From Actinomycetota bacterium (GTDB lineage Bacteria > Actinomycetota > UBA4738 > CALAEC01): DNA of 64,000 nucleotides. The notes under the pieces are model-generated. The model was given only the letters and a program-made list of their open reading frames with translations, was not told where the DNA came from and did not search any database. The position numbers were made by a program, and so were the translations under genes. Below, piece by piece: positions 15,254-25,306 of the stretch. The first letter of the stretch is position 1; the number at the start of each line of letters is the position of its first letter. The stretch is taken from positions 7,630 to 71,629 of the forward strand of contig DASYVD010000105.1 of NCBI GenBank assembly GCA_036000545.1, in the 5' to 3' direction.

Positions 15254-16074
15254 CCGACCGTCACCGGTTGGCGCTGCGATTCCCGGCGATGGACCCACTC
15301 GGCCAGCGCCACGAACACCACGCCACCGAGCAAAGACACCAGGCCCCACTCGCTCCCGACGCTGCCCGGGTATGCCGGAAAGGCCATTGACGCCACCCCG
15401 AACAGGACGGCCGCGAGTCCGGCGCTCCACGCCGGGATCCGCCACCCCGGCGTCCGGAGTCCGGCGTGAGCGCCTACCAGCCAGATGGATAGCGCGAGAG
15501 AGGCCATCGTGGACCAGTGGCGCTCCGCGACGTGTGGGTCGGCGGCCGGGCCGGTGCGCTGGAGCTCAGCCATGTCCAGGGCGTACAGCGTGAGCGGCAC
15601 GGCCGCCGCCATCGCCAGGGCGAGAAGCGGCAGGCTCGGCCCCTCCCCTCGCTCCAGCACCCGCTCCCGGGCGGGGTGCAGCCAGGCCAGGATGACGGTA
15701 AGGACGGCGAAGCCGAGGAGGAAGAGAAGGGTGAAGCCGTCCGCGGAGAGCGCTCCCGCCACCGCGAGCCCGAGCAGGGCCACGGCGGTCTGCTGGAACC
15801 CCGCGATCCGACGCTCCGGCCAGCGCAGCTGGGACAGATATCCGACCGCCATGAACAGGCTTGCCCAGATGCCGTACGCCAGGTCGTGCACCCGGTGGAT
15901 CAGTCGATCGCCGCTTTCGAACCACCCGAGCACCAGGCTCGGGAGGCCGAAGAGCGGTCCCGCCCATGCCAGCCCGAACAATCCGGTCAAGATGAGGAAC
16001 AGGATCCGTCTGCGGCGTGCCCGTGTGGATCCCGCGTCGGCCATGCGGGGCACCCTATCAGGCCGAGAAGCCAC
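15250..16074 (-). CDS. hypothetical polytopic membrane protein
   Basis: 274 aa with about 7-8 hydrophobic segments (ILFLILTGLFGLAWAGPLFGL, LLFLLGFAVLTVILAWL, etc.). I recognise no family. Its stop overlaps the convergent peptidase stop (CTAG). Confidence 0.5.
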   Translation of the reverse strand: MASRPDRVPRMADAGSTRARRRRILFLILTGLFGLAWAGPLFGLPSLVLGWFESGDRLIHRVHDLAYGIWASLFMAVGYLSQLRWPERRIAGFQQTAVALLGLAVAGALSADGFTLLFLLGFAVLTVILAWLHPARERVLERGEGPSLPLLALAMAAAVPLTLYALDMAELQRTGPAADPHVAERHWSTMASLALSIWLVGAHAGLRTPGWRIPAWSAGLAAVLFGVASMAFPAYPGSVGSEWGLVSLLGGVVFVALAEWVHRRESQRQPVTVG

Positions 16075-16092
16075 CCGACGAACGGCGGTCTC

Positions 16093-17142
16093 TCACTGCC
16101 GGCGGAGGCGTCCCGCCCGGACCACCAGCCGGACGTCACCAAGAGCCCGGAGGTCGTCCAGCGGGTTCCCGGCCAGGGCCAGTAGGTCGGCCGGCGCGCC
16201 GTCACGCAACCGCCATCCGGTCATCGCTGCGAGGATGCCCTCGGACGAGAGTCCGGCCGAGGTCAGGTGAAGAACTTCCCGGAGGTGGATGCCCGGTGGA
16301 ATCGGCCCGTTCCCGAGGTCAGTCCCGTATCGGACCCGCCCGCCGGCCCGCGCGAAGCGCCGGAGGTTGTCGAGTGCTACGTCGAGCTGAGGGGTCCGGC
16401 GGCCGTACGACTGGATGTCCAGGGTGGAGACCATGGTCATGCGCCGGGCGATCGCCGCGATGAGCTCCTCGGACAGGCGCTCCGTCCAGGGTGTGTGGGC
16501 CAGCTCGTCCACACCGCCGCCCAGCGCCCGTTCGGCCTGCCCCGGCCCCTGCACGTGCGCGGTCACCCTGAGATCGTGCGCGTGGGCCGCATCGCACACC
16601 TGGACGAGCTCGGCATCGGTCAGTGTGGGCCCTGCCTCCGCGTTGAGGGCCACCTTGATCGCGGCGGGGTCCATCGCGGCGGTGCGCTCCACGGCGGCCG
16701 CAGCCTCCTCCGGCCCCCGTACCTCGATCCATCCGCCCGGAGCACACCACCCGGCTCGGCTCGGATAGCCCCCGACCGCTGTGACGAATGGCCCCACCGC
16801 GGTGACCGCAGGCCCGTCGAAGTCGGTGGCCTGCGAGATATCAACCAGAGGGAAGATCTCGTCCGGTGCCCAGCCCAGGTCGCGGACCGAGGTCACGCCG
16901 CCCGCGAGGATGGCAGCCGGTTCGGACAGCCTGATGTGCACGTGGTGATCAACCACTCCAGGCATCAGGAACCAGTCGCCGGTGAGGTCCTGGTCTGCCT
17001 CGGGAGCACCGGCCGCCGGCCCCGCGTACACCACCCTTGAACCGCGAACGACTACGGCCGGGTCCTCGATCACCCGGCCCGGACCCAGCCACGCCACGGC
17101 GCCCTGGACCAGCAGGGTGCCCGCTCCGCTGCCGACCGCCAC
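16093..17142 (-). CDS. amidohydrolase-family metal-dependent hydrolase
   Basis: N-terminal beta-sandwich followed by MPGVVDHHVHI (HxH metal motif). Later His/Asp residues (VTAHVQG, ELAHT, YGTDLGN) fit the amidohydrolase fold. Confidence 0.75.
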   Translation of the reverse strand: MAVGSGAGTLLVQGAVAWLGPGRVIEDPAVVVRGSRVVYAGPAAGAPEADQDLTGDWFLMPGVVDHHVHIRLSEPAAILAGGVTSVRDLGWAPDEIFPLVDISQATDFDGPAVTAVGPFVTAVGGYPSRAGWCAPGGWIEVRGPEEAAAAVERTAAMDPAAIKVALNAEAGPTLTDAELVQVCDAAHAHDLRVTAHVQGPGQAERALGGGVDELAHTPWTERLSEELIAAIARRMTMVSTLDIQSYGRRTPQLDVALDNLRRFARAGGRVRYGTDLGNGPIPPGIHLREVLHLTSAGLSSEGILAAMTGWRLRDGAPADLLALAGNPLDDLRALGDVRLVVRAGRLRRQ

Positions 17143-17229
17143 CGTGGCCTCCTCGCCCCCGGTGGCCGGAATGATAGTGGGGGCGGGCGAAAGGTTCGCC
17201 CGCCCCCACTCGGACTTCCTGATCCTAGA

Positions 17230-18582
17230 TCAGCCGATTGTTGTCTCCTGAGTCTGCGGATTGAGGTGGGGAAGGCTTGCACCGGCCACAGGATCTGTGT
17301 AGGTGAAGACGTTCAGGCCCGTCTGGATCTCCGACTCGAAGATGCGGCCGTTGTACCAGTACGACGACCACGCGCCACCGAGGTTGGTCGGTACGATCGG
17401 CGGCGGGTCGGACCAAGCCAGCGTGACCGCGTTCGCCGGATCGCTGAACTCGCTGACCCAGGTGCCGGCCTGGTAGTTCCCACTAACCAGGATGTACCGG
17501 CCGTCCGTCGTTGGCACCACGTTGTAGTTGTGGATCGTGCAGTTCTCTTCCGCGGATTGCGGCCGAGGAAGGGTCCACTGCCCCAGCTTGGCCCCGGTGT
17601 CCGCGTCGTAGAAGAAGGCGCTCTTCTTTACAGCCGGATCGGTGGCCTCGCACTCGGGCGCGGATCCGCCACCCGGCTCCCAGCCGAGGACGATGACCTC
17701 GCCGTCCCAGGTGAACGCGGCGGAGTGCCAGTTCCCCCCGATGCCCACTCCCTTCTCGGCGATCGAGTACAGGAACTCCGGATCCTCGAGGGACCCTCCC
17801 CGCGGGGCGCCGATGCTGAACACGTTGGCATCGGCGTCACTCGCGCACGCCGCCAGGTTCTCGTCGCCGAGGATCACGCCGATGTCGTGGCACCGGTGTG
17901 CCCCGTGTCGCAGGCGCTCCGTCCGGAGGATGGCAGCATCCGCGGGCGCCGTCAGAGGGACTTCGACGATCTCGAACCACGGACAGGCTCCGCTGGATCC
18001 GTTGTTGTAGACGAGCGCGCGGCCATTCGCTGTGTCCGGCACCAACGTGGCGGTATGTGAGCCACACTCGGTCTCCACCGATGTCACGAGGTCCGGATCG
18101 CTCGGGTTGCTGATGTCGAAGACATGGAGCCCCTCGAATCCCGCGGGTACTGGTTCCCCGTCACAGCTCCGTCCCGGCGGTGCCGGCGAGTTCCATGACC
18201 GGACCAGGATGTTGTCCCAGACGACGATGTCGCCCTGGTCGCCGTTGCAGTGCTGCCACACGATCTGCTGCGGGTCGGTCGGGTTGCTGATGTCGATGAT
18301 CCGGAACCCGTCGTAGTTTCCGTTGATCGCCAGATTCCCCCAGAACGCGATGTCGGAGTTGATGTGTCGCTGGGCGCTGGGGACCCCGAAGAACTGCGCC
18401 TCGTGGGGGCTGTGCCCTGTGGCCTTCAGGTTGTCGGTGTGGGGACGCGTGGCGTGCTTCCCCAACGCCGGAAGCCCCGTGCCGACCACCAGGGCCAGGA
18501 CCACGGGGAGCAAGGACCATCGGATCGTATGTCGCACGATGGCTTCCTCCTCTCGGTCGAAGGACGGACGAAGTAGGACCAA
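17230..18582 (-). CDS. secreted beta-propeller protein, LVIVD-repeat-like
   Basis: Signal/TM segment (WSLLPVVLALVVGTGLPALG). Motifs SDIAFWGNLAINGNYDGFRIIDISNPTDP and GLHVFDISNPSDP resemble LVIVD-repeat propeller proteins. The family assignment is from memory only. Confidence 0.55.
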   Translation of the reverse strand: MVLLRPSFDREEEAIVRHTIRWSLLPVVLALVVGTGLPALGKHATRPHTDNLKATGHSPHEAQFFGVPSAQRHINSDIAFWGNLAINGNYDGFRIIDISNPTDPQQIVWQHCNGDQGDIVVWDNILVRSWNSPAPPGRSCDGEPVPAGFEGLHVFDISNPSDPDLVTSVETECGSHTATLVPDTANGRALVYNNGSSGACPWFEIVEVPLTAPADAAILRTERLRHGAHRCHDIGVILGDENLAACASDADANVFSIGAPRGGSLEDPEFLYSIAEKGVGIGGNWHSAAFTWDGEVIVLGWEPGGGSAPECEATDPAVKKSAFFYDADTGAKLGQWTLPRPQSAEENCTIHNYNVVPTTDGRYILVSGNYQAGTWVSEFSDPANAVTLAWSDPPPIVPTNLGGAWSSYWYNGRIFESEIQTGLNVFTYTDPVAGASLPHLNPQTQETTIG

Positions 18583-18652
18583 GCTGACTCTAGTGGGGCG
18601 GCGTCAAGCGGCACAAATGGGCTGGTCGTGAGGTCCGTGACGAACCGGACGT

Positions 18653-20668
18653 CTAGCGGACTCCGGCTTCCCTTAGCGCCCGAAGCTCCTTGCGGAGCTC
18701 GTGGATCTCGTCGCGCAGCCGGGCCGCGTACTCGAACCGGAGGTCCTTGGCGGCCTCGTGCATCTCCTCCTCGAGGGTGAAGATCAGCCCCTCCAGCTCG
18801 TCGCGAGGCATGGCCGGGCGTTCCCTGCGCCGCCGACGGCGCTCAGGTCTGGGGGCCCGCTCGAGGCCCTCCCCTTCGAGGGCCAGGAGTATGTCGGAGA
18901 CCCGCTTCCGGATGGTCTGGGGATCGATGCCGCGCTCGCGGTTGTGCTCCAGCTGGATCTTTCGGCGGCGCTGCGTCTCGGAGATGGCTCGCTTCATCGA
19001 GTCCGTCACCTCGTCCGCGTACATCAGGACCTTCCCGTCGACGTTTCGCGCGGCCCGGCCGATGGTCTGGATCAACGATGTCTCCGACCGGAGGAATCCT
19101 TCCTTGTCCGCGTCGAGGATGGCCACCAGGGAGACCTCCGGCAGATCCAGCCCCTCCCGGAGGAGGTTGATCCCCACGAGCACGTCGAACTCCCCGAGGC
19201 GGAGGTCCCGGAGGATCTCGATCCGCTGGATCGTGTCGACCTCCGAGTGGAGGTATCGGACCCGGAGCCCGATCTCCAGGAGATAGTCGGTGAGGTCTTC
19301 CGACATCTTCTTCGTGAGCGTGGTGACCAGGACCCGCTGGTCCTTCTCGGTTCGTCTCCGGATCTCCTCGATGAGGTCGTCGACTTGGCCACGGGTCGGT
19401 CGGACCTCGACCTCCGGGTCGACGAGGCCCGTCGGCCGGACGATCTGCTCGACCACACGCTTCGACACCTGGAGCTCGTACGGGCTCGGGGTGGCGGACA
19501 TGAACACCACCTGGTTGACCCGCTTGGTGAACTCCTCGAACTGCAGGGGCCGGTTGTCCACCGCCGACGGCAGGCGGAACCCGTACTCGACCAGCGTGCG
19601 CTTCCTGCTCATGTCGCCCTCGTACATGCCGTGGATCTGCGGCACCGTGACGTGGGACTCGTCGATTACGCACAGCCAGTCTTCGGGGAAGTAATCGAGA
19701 AGCGTGTAGGGCGGCTCTCCCGGCTGCCGGCCATCGATGTGCCGCGAGTAGTTCTCGATCCCGGAGCAGAAACCGAGCTCTCGCAGCATCTCCAGGTCGT
19801 GGTTCGTGCGCATCCGGAGGCGTTGGGCTTCGAGGAGCTTGCCTTGCGACTCGAACTTCTCCAGCCGCTGGGTCAGCTCGACTTCGATCTGACCGATGGC
19901 CCGCTGCATCCGCTCGTGGGAGGCCACATAGTGCGTGGCCGGGTAGATCCACGCCTCCTGGAGCTCGCCGATGACCTCGCCGGTGATCGGGTCGATGCGG
20001 GTGATGCGCTCGACCTCGTCGCCCCACAGCTCCACCCGCACAAACGTCTCCTCGTAGGCGGGGTGGATCTCGATGGTGTCGCCCCGGGAGCGGAAACGCC
20101 CTCTGGCCAGGTTCTGGTTGGTCCGCTGGTACTGGATGTCGGTGAGTCGCTCGAGGGCGAACTCCCGCTCCAGCGGGACGCCTTTGATGACCCGGAGGAC
20201 CTGGCCCATGTACTCCTCTGGCGTGCCCAGCCCGTAGATGCAAGAGACGCTGGCCACGATGATCACGTCCTCGCGGCTGAGGAGCGCCGCCGTCGCCGAG
20301 TGCCGGAGTCGCTCGATCTCGTCGTTGACCGTGGCGTCCTTCTCGATGTACAGGTCGGTCTGGGGGACGTAGGCCTCCGGCTGGTAGTAGTCGTAGTAGC
20401 TGACGAAGTACTCCACCGCGTTTTCCGGGAAGAACTCCCTGAACTCGTTGGCCAGCTGTGCGGCCAGCGACTTGTTCGGGGAGATCACCAGGGTCGGCTT
20501 CTGGACCTTCTCGATGGCCTTGGCGATGGTGAAGGTCTTCCCCGAGCCGGTGATACCGAGCAGGGTGAGGTAGTCGTCACCGGCGAGGACGCCCTCGGCC
20601 AGCTCATCGATGGCCTTGGGCTGGTCGCCGGCGGGCTGGAACTCGGAAACGACGCGGAATGGCGGCAT
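18653..20668 (-). CDS. uvrB: excinuclease ABC subunit B
   Basis: [23 protein letters not shown]...[10 protein letters not shown], helicase motifs and a C-terminal UVR domain ([25 protein letters not shown]). The start was moved to the ATG at 20668. Confidence 0.97.
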   Translation of the reverse strand: MPPFRVVSEFQPAGDQPKAIDELAEGVLAGDDYLTLLGITGSGKTFTIAKAIEKVQKPTLVISPNKSLAAQLANEFREFFPENAVEYFVSYYDYYQPEAYVPQTDLYIEKDATVNDEIERLRHSATAALLSREDVIIVASVSCIYGLGTPEEYMGQVLRVIKGVPLEREFALERLTDIQYQRTNQNLARGRFRSRGDTIEIHPAYEETFVRVELWGDEVERITRIDPITGEVIGELQEAWIYPATHYVASHERMQRAIGQIEVELTQRLEKFESQGKLLEAQRLRMRTNHDLEMLRELGFCSGIENYSRHIDGRQPGEPPYTLLDYFPEDWLCVIDESHVTVPQIHGMYEGDMSRKRTLVEYGFRLPSAVDNRPLQFEEFTKRVNQVVFMSATPSPYELQVSKRVVEQIVRPTGLVDPEVEVRPTRGQVDDLIEEIRRRTEKDQRVLVTTLTKKMSEDLTDYLLEIGLRVRYLHSEVDTIQRIEILRDLRLGEFDVLVGINLLREGLDLPEVSLVAILDADKEGFLRSETSLIQTIGRAARNVDGKVLMYADEVTDSMKRAISETQRRRKIQLEHNRERGIDPQTIRKRVSDILLALEGEGLERAPRPERRRRRRERPAMPRDELEGLIFTLEEEMHEAAKDLRFEYAARLRDEIHELRKELRALREAGVR

Positions 20669-20904
20669 CGGGCCACAGTGTACGGCGGGGAGCCCGGTCA
20701 GGCCGGGCGGTGGGGACACTCACCTAAGTGTGTCCTGCCCCCACATCGGTACTCCGCGGCGGTCAAGCTCACGCCGGAGTACTCGTGCGGCCTCCGTGTC
20801 CCGTCGGCTGAACGCGAAACTGGTTTCCATTCGGCCCTGCGGAGTCCATGCGTTTCCCCAGCTCCACCAGGGGAAGCTTCGCTTGGGAGTCCATTCGCTC
20901 CGGG

Positions 20905-21210
20905 TCACGGCGCGGTGTCGAAGGTCAAGACGTACCGATGAGTGTCGAATACCTCACCCTCATAGGAGGTGAGGATGTTGAGGGAGATGGTCCACGGGTC
21001 TTGCGTGCTCCAGATGTTGCACCACACGAGCCTCCGATCGGTCACCCAAAGGTACGTGTGGGTCGATCCTCCCGACGGCACTTGTCCGAGCCGCAGCCAG
21101 TTCGCTCTGCCTTCGGCCAGGACATGCTCGTCCGGGAAGAGCGTTCTGTGGAGCAGTTGCTGTCGTCGCTCGCCCATTTCGGCGAGGGTGCGCGATCTCT
21201 GGCTCGCCAC
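20905..21210 (-). CDS. hypothetical small protein (possible bacterial PH/GRAM-like fold)
   Basis: 101 aa; FPDEHVLAEGRANWL...YLWVTDRRLVW resembles membrane-associated PH-like domain proteins, but only weakly. G+C looks locally lower than in the flanks (by eye). Start could be M12. Confidence 0.4.
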   Translation of the reverse strand: MASQRSRTLAEMGERRQQLLHRTLFPDEHVLAEGRANWLRLGQVPSGGSTHTYLWVTDRRLVWCNIWSTQDPWTISLNILTSYEGEVFDTHRYVLTFDTAP

Positions 21211-21222
21211 CGTGCAACCGAT

Positions 21223-21606
21223 CTACAGTGGTTTGCGGGCCTGGAAGCCGGCGTCAACCTCGTGCCAGTGTGTCACCAGGTCCTCGCCGAGCCGCCAGCA
21301 GAGCTGAACCACCCGCCCCTCCCGCAGCGACGGGAAGTCCACCAGCCCGGACTCCGCATCGCGGAGGATGATGTCGTCGGAGGCCAGGCGCTCGACCTCC
21401 TCCCGCAGGATGCTCAGGGCTTCGAGATACGCCGTGCCTTCGGGTCCCCCGCCGTCGGCCCCTGCCCGCGCCCCGACCTTGCGCCCTGACCTCAGGACCT
21501 CACGCCGAGCTTCCCGGATGCGGACGAGCGACTCCCGCAGATCGACGAGCGCCGCGTTGGCCTCCTCGACGGTGTACAGGCGTCCTGACTCCTCTGATGT
21601 CGACAT
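21223..21606 (-). CDS. DUF2203-family protein
   Basis: 127 aa; LYTVEEANAALVDL...LRDAESGLVDFPSLREGRVVQLCWRLGEDLVTHWHEVDAGFQARKPL matches my recollection of the DUF2203 pattern (GLVDFP...LCW..GE....WHE...GF.GRKPL). Confidence 0.65.
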   Translation of the reverse strand: MSTSEESGRLYTVEEANAALVDLRESLVRIREARREVLRSGRKVGARAGADGGGPEGTAYLEALSILREEVERLASDDIILRDAESGLVDFPSLREGRVVQLCWRLGEDLVTHWHEVDAGFQARKPL

Positions 21607-21642
21607 CGCTGAGAAAGAGGATAGTCGTGGCTAGAGAAGCGC

Positions 21643-22179
21643 TCAGAACGTGAGAGTGCAGTTCTCGCAGAGGAAGATATCCCGCCGGATCTCGGCGCTG
21701 TGCCCGCCGCACCGCGGGCACCTTCGGCAGCGGCCGCCCCCTTGGCACTCCCTGGGCTCGGTGGTCGTGCCGGGCTCGTCCCAGGTCGTGGCGGCCTCGG
21801 TCGGGCGAGGCGCCTGGATCGATAGCAGGAGCAGGCCATCCGGCCCGCCCAGAAATCCGTGCGGGTACGCGGCGGCGCGACCGAGGACCGACCCCGCGGC
21901 CAATGGAACCGCGCCGTGGATGCGCGCCTCCCCCGACCCGGACAGCACCACGCTCCATTCCTCGGAATCCGGATGCGTGTGGGCGTAGGCAATCTGGTCC
22001 GGCCCGAGGGCCTGGATCGAGAAGTAGAACTCCGTTCCCTGTGAGATGGGGATCCGCCGGAATCCCGAGGGGCACAGCAACACCAGATCCTGGGCCGCCG
22101 AGCGGAACACCCCGAGGTTGTCGAGAACCTCGTCGAGGTGCCCGATCCCGCGCTCATGCGGCGCGGCGGCCTGGTCCAT
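21643..22179 (-). CDS. cupin-domain protein with C-terminal Cys-rich zinc-ribbon tail
   Basis: Cupin core (IAYAHTHPDSEEWSVVLSGSGEARIHG...AAYPHGF) followed by CQGGGRCRRCPRCGG...FLCENC. The start is set at the ATG at 22179 (MDQAAAPH) behind GGGGGAGG; the track start is 22230. Confidence 0.6.
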   Translation of the reverse strand: MDQAAAPHERGIGHLDEVLDNLGVFRSAAQDLVLLCPSGFRRIPISQGTEFYFSIQALGPDQIAYAHTHPDSEEWSVVLSGSGEARIHGAVPLAAGSVLGRAAAYPHGFLGGPDGLLLLSIQAPRPTEAATTWDEPGTTTEPRECQGGGRCRRCPRCGGHSAEIRRDIFLCENCTLTF

Positions 22180-22243
22180 GGTTGCCTCCCCCATCGATGG
22201 AATCAAAGAACCTGGATCGGAGCGGCGCAAGCCCCGTCCCCCC

Positions 22244-22960
22244 TCAGCCCTCGATCCCGACGGCCGCGGGAAGATCCTCGAGAGAGGTGATCCGGTAACC
22301 CTCGGTGTCCGGGTACCTCCCCCGCCGGTCGATCAACACGGCGACCATCCCCACGTCTTCTGCCGCCTCGATGTCGAAGAAGGGGTGGTCGCCGACGTAG
22401 ACCGATTCCTCCGCGGCCACCCCCGCGCGCTCCAGGGCGATACGGAAGATCTCGGGGTCGGGCTTTTCCACGCCCTCGATGCCGGAGATCACCCGGACGG
22501 GGAAGTAGTCGGTGACTCCGAGGGTCTCGAGGAGGCGCTCCAGCCACTCCTCGAAGTTCGAGATGACGCCGAGGCTCACCCCTGCATCCCGCAGGCGATC
22601 GAGAGTCGGCACTACGTCGGGATGGAGCCGATAGCTCCCGAGGTTGGAGAACGTCGTGTAGAGGCGGTCGACCAAGCGGTCGTGATTGGCGGTCACCCCG
22701 ACCTCTTCCAGGAACTCCCGGTACACGCCGTCCCAGAACGCCCGGGAGCGCTCCGGGGACGTGGACCATAGACGCGCCTCCCCCGACTGAACGGTCTCCG
22801 TGAACTTCTTCGAGTACGCCGAGACCACGTGCTGGACCACCGCGGGGTCGACCACTACGTTCTCCTCCCGGAGCACCTCTGTGAAGAGCTCCGCGAACGA
22901 AGGATGGGGGTAGACGAGGGTCTCACCGGCATCGAAGAAGACGGCCTTGGCAGGAGCCAC
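22244..22960 (-). CDS. HAD-superfamily hydrolase, subfamily IA
   Basis: KAVFFDAGETLVYP (motif I variant), ISNF (motif II region) and VYVGDHPFFDIEAAEDVGM (motif IV). Confidence 0.8.
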   Translation of the reverse strand: MAPAKAVFFDAGETLVYPHPSFAELFTEVLREENVVVDPAVVQHVVSAYSKKFTETVQSGEARLWSTSPERSRAFWDGVYREFLEEVGVTANHDRLVDRLYTTFSNLGSYRLHPDVVPTLDRLRDAGVSLGVISNFEEWLERLLETLGVTDYFPVRVISGIEGVEKPDPEIFRIALERAGVAAEESVYVGDHPFFDIEAAEDVGMVAVLIDRRGRYPDTEGYRITSLEDLPAAVGIEG

Positions 22961-22984
22961 GGCGGGATGATATCGGCTGGGGCT

Positions 22985-23596
22985 TCAGCCGCCCGCCCGG
23001 GCGGATCGATCCTCGAGCTCCTCCCACAGCGAGTCGACCTGGCGCTCCAGATCCTGGAGGCTCCCGTCGTTCTTGAGGATCACGTCGGCGACCGCCGCCC
23101 TCTCCTCGGGGGAGGTCTGTGCGGCAATCCTCGCCCGCGCCTCCTCGGGATCTAGCCCGCGCTGTGCAGTGGCCCGAGCCACTTGGACATCGAGGGGGGC
23201 ATCGACCACCACGACGAGGTCACACTCGCGATGGAATCCGGTCTCCACGATCAGTGGCGCGTCGAACACCACCACGGAGTTGGTGCTCCGGTGACGCTCG
23301 AGCGTGTCGGCCAGCCCTCGCAAGACCTCGGGGTGCACGATGGACTCCAGGGCCCGCCTCTTGACGTCGTCGGCGAACACCCGCGCGGCGATCGCTCGCC
23401 GGTCCAGTCCGCCGTCGGGCATCAGGACCTCGTCCCCGAAGAGGTCGCACACCTGCTTGAATGCCGCGGTTCCCGGTTCGAGTGCTGTCCGGGCCAGGTC
23501 GTCGGCGTCGACGACCACAGCACCGCGGCGTGCCAGCATGGCAGCGACGGTGGACTTCCCTGTGCCGAGGCCTCCGGTCAGGCCGACGAGGAGCAT
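22985..23596 (-). CDS. coaE: dephospho-CoA kinase
   Basis: MLLVGLTGGLGTGKSTVAAMLARRGAVVVDADDLAR P-loop N-terminus. It lies immediately downstream of rpsA, as in other Actinobacteria. Confidence 0.9.
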   Translation of the reverse strand: MLLVGLTGGLGTGKSTVAAMLARRGAVVVDADDLARTALEPGTAAFKQVCDLFGDEVLMPDGGLDRRAIAARVFADDVKRRALESIVHPEVLRGLADTLERHRSTNSVVVFDAPLIVETGFHRECDLVVVVDAPLDVQVARATAQRGLDPEEARARIAAQTSPEERAAVADVILKNDGSLQDLERQVDSLWEELEDRSARAGG

Positions 23597-23612
23597 GGCC
23601 CTCGGTTTCCCG

Positions 23613-25127
23613 TCAGGAGCGGCCTTCGCGGCGCTTCAGGTCCTCGACGATGGACTCGAGAGAGACTTCCTCTTCCTCTCCCTCGGCGGGCGGCGCGGCC
23701 TCCTCGGCCGGCGCGGGCTCCTCGGCCGGCGTCTCCGGGGCTTGTTCGAGCTGCGCCGGGGGGGCGGGCCGCGCCCCCTCGACCTCCGGAGCCGACTCGG
23801 GCTCCGCGGGCGCTTCGGTCTCCGGTTCGACCTCGGCCTTGATCTCCGGCTCTCTGGTGACCTCGGCCTCACCGACGCGCCGCATCGAGAGCGACACCCT
23901 GCGCCGCGCAACCTCGACCTCCACGACCCTCACCCGAACCCGCTGACCCACCTGAACGATCTGGTCGGCCGACTCCACGTGCTCCTCGGCGAGCTCGCTG
24001 ATGTGCACCAGTCCCTCGATCCCCTCGGCCACCCGGACGAACGCGCCGAAGGGAACGATCTTGGTCACCTCGCCCTCGATGATCTCCCCGGCGCTGTATC
24101 GGCGCTCGAACTCCTTCCAGGGGTCCTCCTGGGTTGCCTTCAACGAGAGCGAGACCCGCTCCCGGTCCAGTTCCACGTCCAGGACTTCGACCTCGACCTC
24201 ATCGCCCACCTGGACGACCTCGCTGGGGTGCTCGACGTGGCGCCAGGACAGCTCGGAGACGTGCACCAGCCCGTCGACGCCGCCGAGGTCCACGAACGCT
24301 CCGAAGTTGACGATGGACGATACCTTCCCCGTCCGGCGGTCTCCCTTCGACAGGGACTCGAGGACACGCTTGCGGCTCTCGCTCTGGGACTCCTCCAGGA
24401 ACGCCCGGCGAGAGAGCACGACATTGTTTCGATTCCGGTCGAGCTCGATGATCTTGCACTCGAGCTCCTGACCCACGTACGGATGCAGGTCGCGAACCCT
24501 GCGGAGCTCGACCAACGAAGCGGGGAGGAATCCGCGCAACCCGATGTCCAGGATGAGCCCGCCCTTCACCACCTCGATGACCGGGCCCTTGATGGTCCCC
24601 CCTTCCGCCATCACTTGCTCGATCCTGCTCCAGGCTCGCTCGTACTGGGCCCGCTTCTTGGAGAGGATGAGCCGCCCTTCCTTGTCCTCCTTCTGGAGGA
24701 CCAGGGCCTCGATATCGTCGCCGACCTTGACCACTTCTCCCGGGTCGACGTCGTGACGGATGGAGAGCTCCTTTGCGGGGATCACGCCTTCGGACTTGTA
24801 GCCGATGTCGACGAGCACCTCGTCGCGGTCGATGCGCACCACCTTGCCGCTGACGAGGTCGCCATCATTGAAGTCACGAAGCGATGCCTCGAGGGCTTGA
24901 ACGAGCTCCTCGGGTGTGTAGTCGTCCGCCTCCTGGTCTTGAAGGGCGGTCTTCTGTTCGTCTGCGATCTCGATCAGCTCCTTCTTCGCCCGCAGGGTCC
25001 CCTGGCCAGGCGGGTCCACCGCATGCGCAGAGGGGTCCGCCCGGCGGAGGGCCGTAGGAGCGTGTGCAAATCTTAGGGGACCTTCGCAAGCAGCGTCAAC
25101 GGGAGTTTTGTCAGAGCCGGCAGCCAA
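23613..25127 (-). CDS. rpsA: 30S ribosomal protein S1
   Basis: Repeated S1 domains (FNDGDLVSGKVVRIDRDEVLVDIGYKSEGVIP, GTIKGPVIEVVKGGLILDIG, RTGKVSSIVNFGAFVDLG, IIEGEVTKIVPFGAFVRV) and an acidic Pro/Ala/Glu tail. The start is uncertain: the track start at 25127 is a TTG, and a GTG at ~25019 is an alternative. Confidence 0.92.
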   Translation of the reverse strand: MAAGSDKTPVDAACEGPLRFAHAPTALRRADPSAHAVDPPGQGTLRAKKELIEIADEQKTALQDQEADDYTPEELVQALEASLRDFNDGDLVSGKVVRIDRDEVLVDIGYKSEGVIPAKELSIRHDVDPGEVVKVGDDIEALVLQKEDKEGRLILSKKRAQYERAWSRIEQVMAEGGTIKGPVIEVVKGGLILDIGLRGFLPASLVELRRVRDLHPYVGQELECKIIELDRNRNNVVLSRRAFLEESQSESRKRVLESLSKGDRRTGKVSSIVNFGAFVDLGGVDGLVHVSELSWRHVEHPSEVVQVGDEVEVEVLDVELDRERVSLSLKATQEDPWKEFERRYSAGEIIEGEVTKIVPFGAFVRVAEGIEGLVHISELAEEHVESADQIVQVGQRVRVRVVEVEVARRRVSLSMRRVGEAEVTREPEIKAEVEPETEAPAEPESAPEVEGARPAPPAQLEQAPETPAEEPAPAEEAAPPAEGEEEEVSLESIVEDLKRREGRS

Positions 25128-25306
25128 CTGGTCCGTTCGCCGTTCCGGTTTCGACCGCCACCGAGGGTAGGGTGAGCGACGTGGGAAGGGGTCCAGGGGG
25201 GCAGCAGCCCGCGAGGCGCAGCCGAGCGAGTTCGGCTGCTGAATCCCCCTGGGCGAAGCACCTCGCCGAAGGAAGAGGGGCTGAGGACGGTGATTAGGGA
25301 GGCAGG

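Noticed and set aside
18701-20941. 746-aa plus-strand ORF
   Set aside because: Antisense to uvrB along its whole length, with no recognisable motifs.
23636-23911. Short repeats GGCCTCCTCGGCCGGCG / GGGCTCCTCGGCCGGCG near the rpsA 3' end
   Set aside because: They encode the Pro/Ala/Glu-rich acidic C-terminal tail of S1. This is a low-complexity coding repeat, not a separate element.
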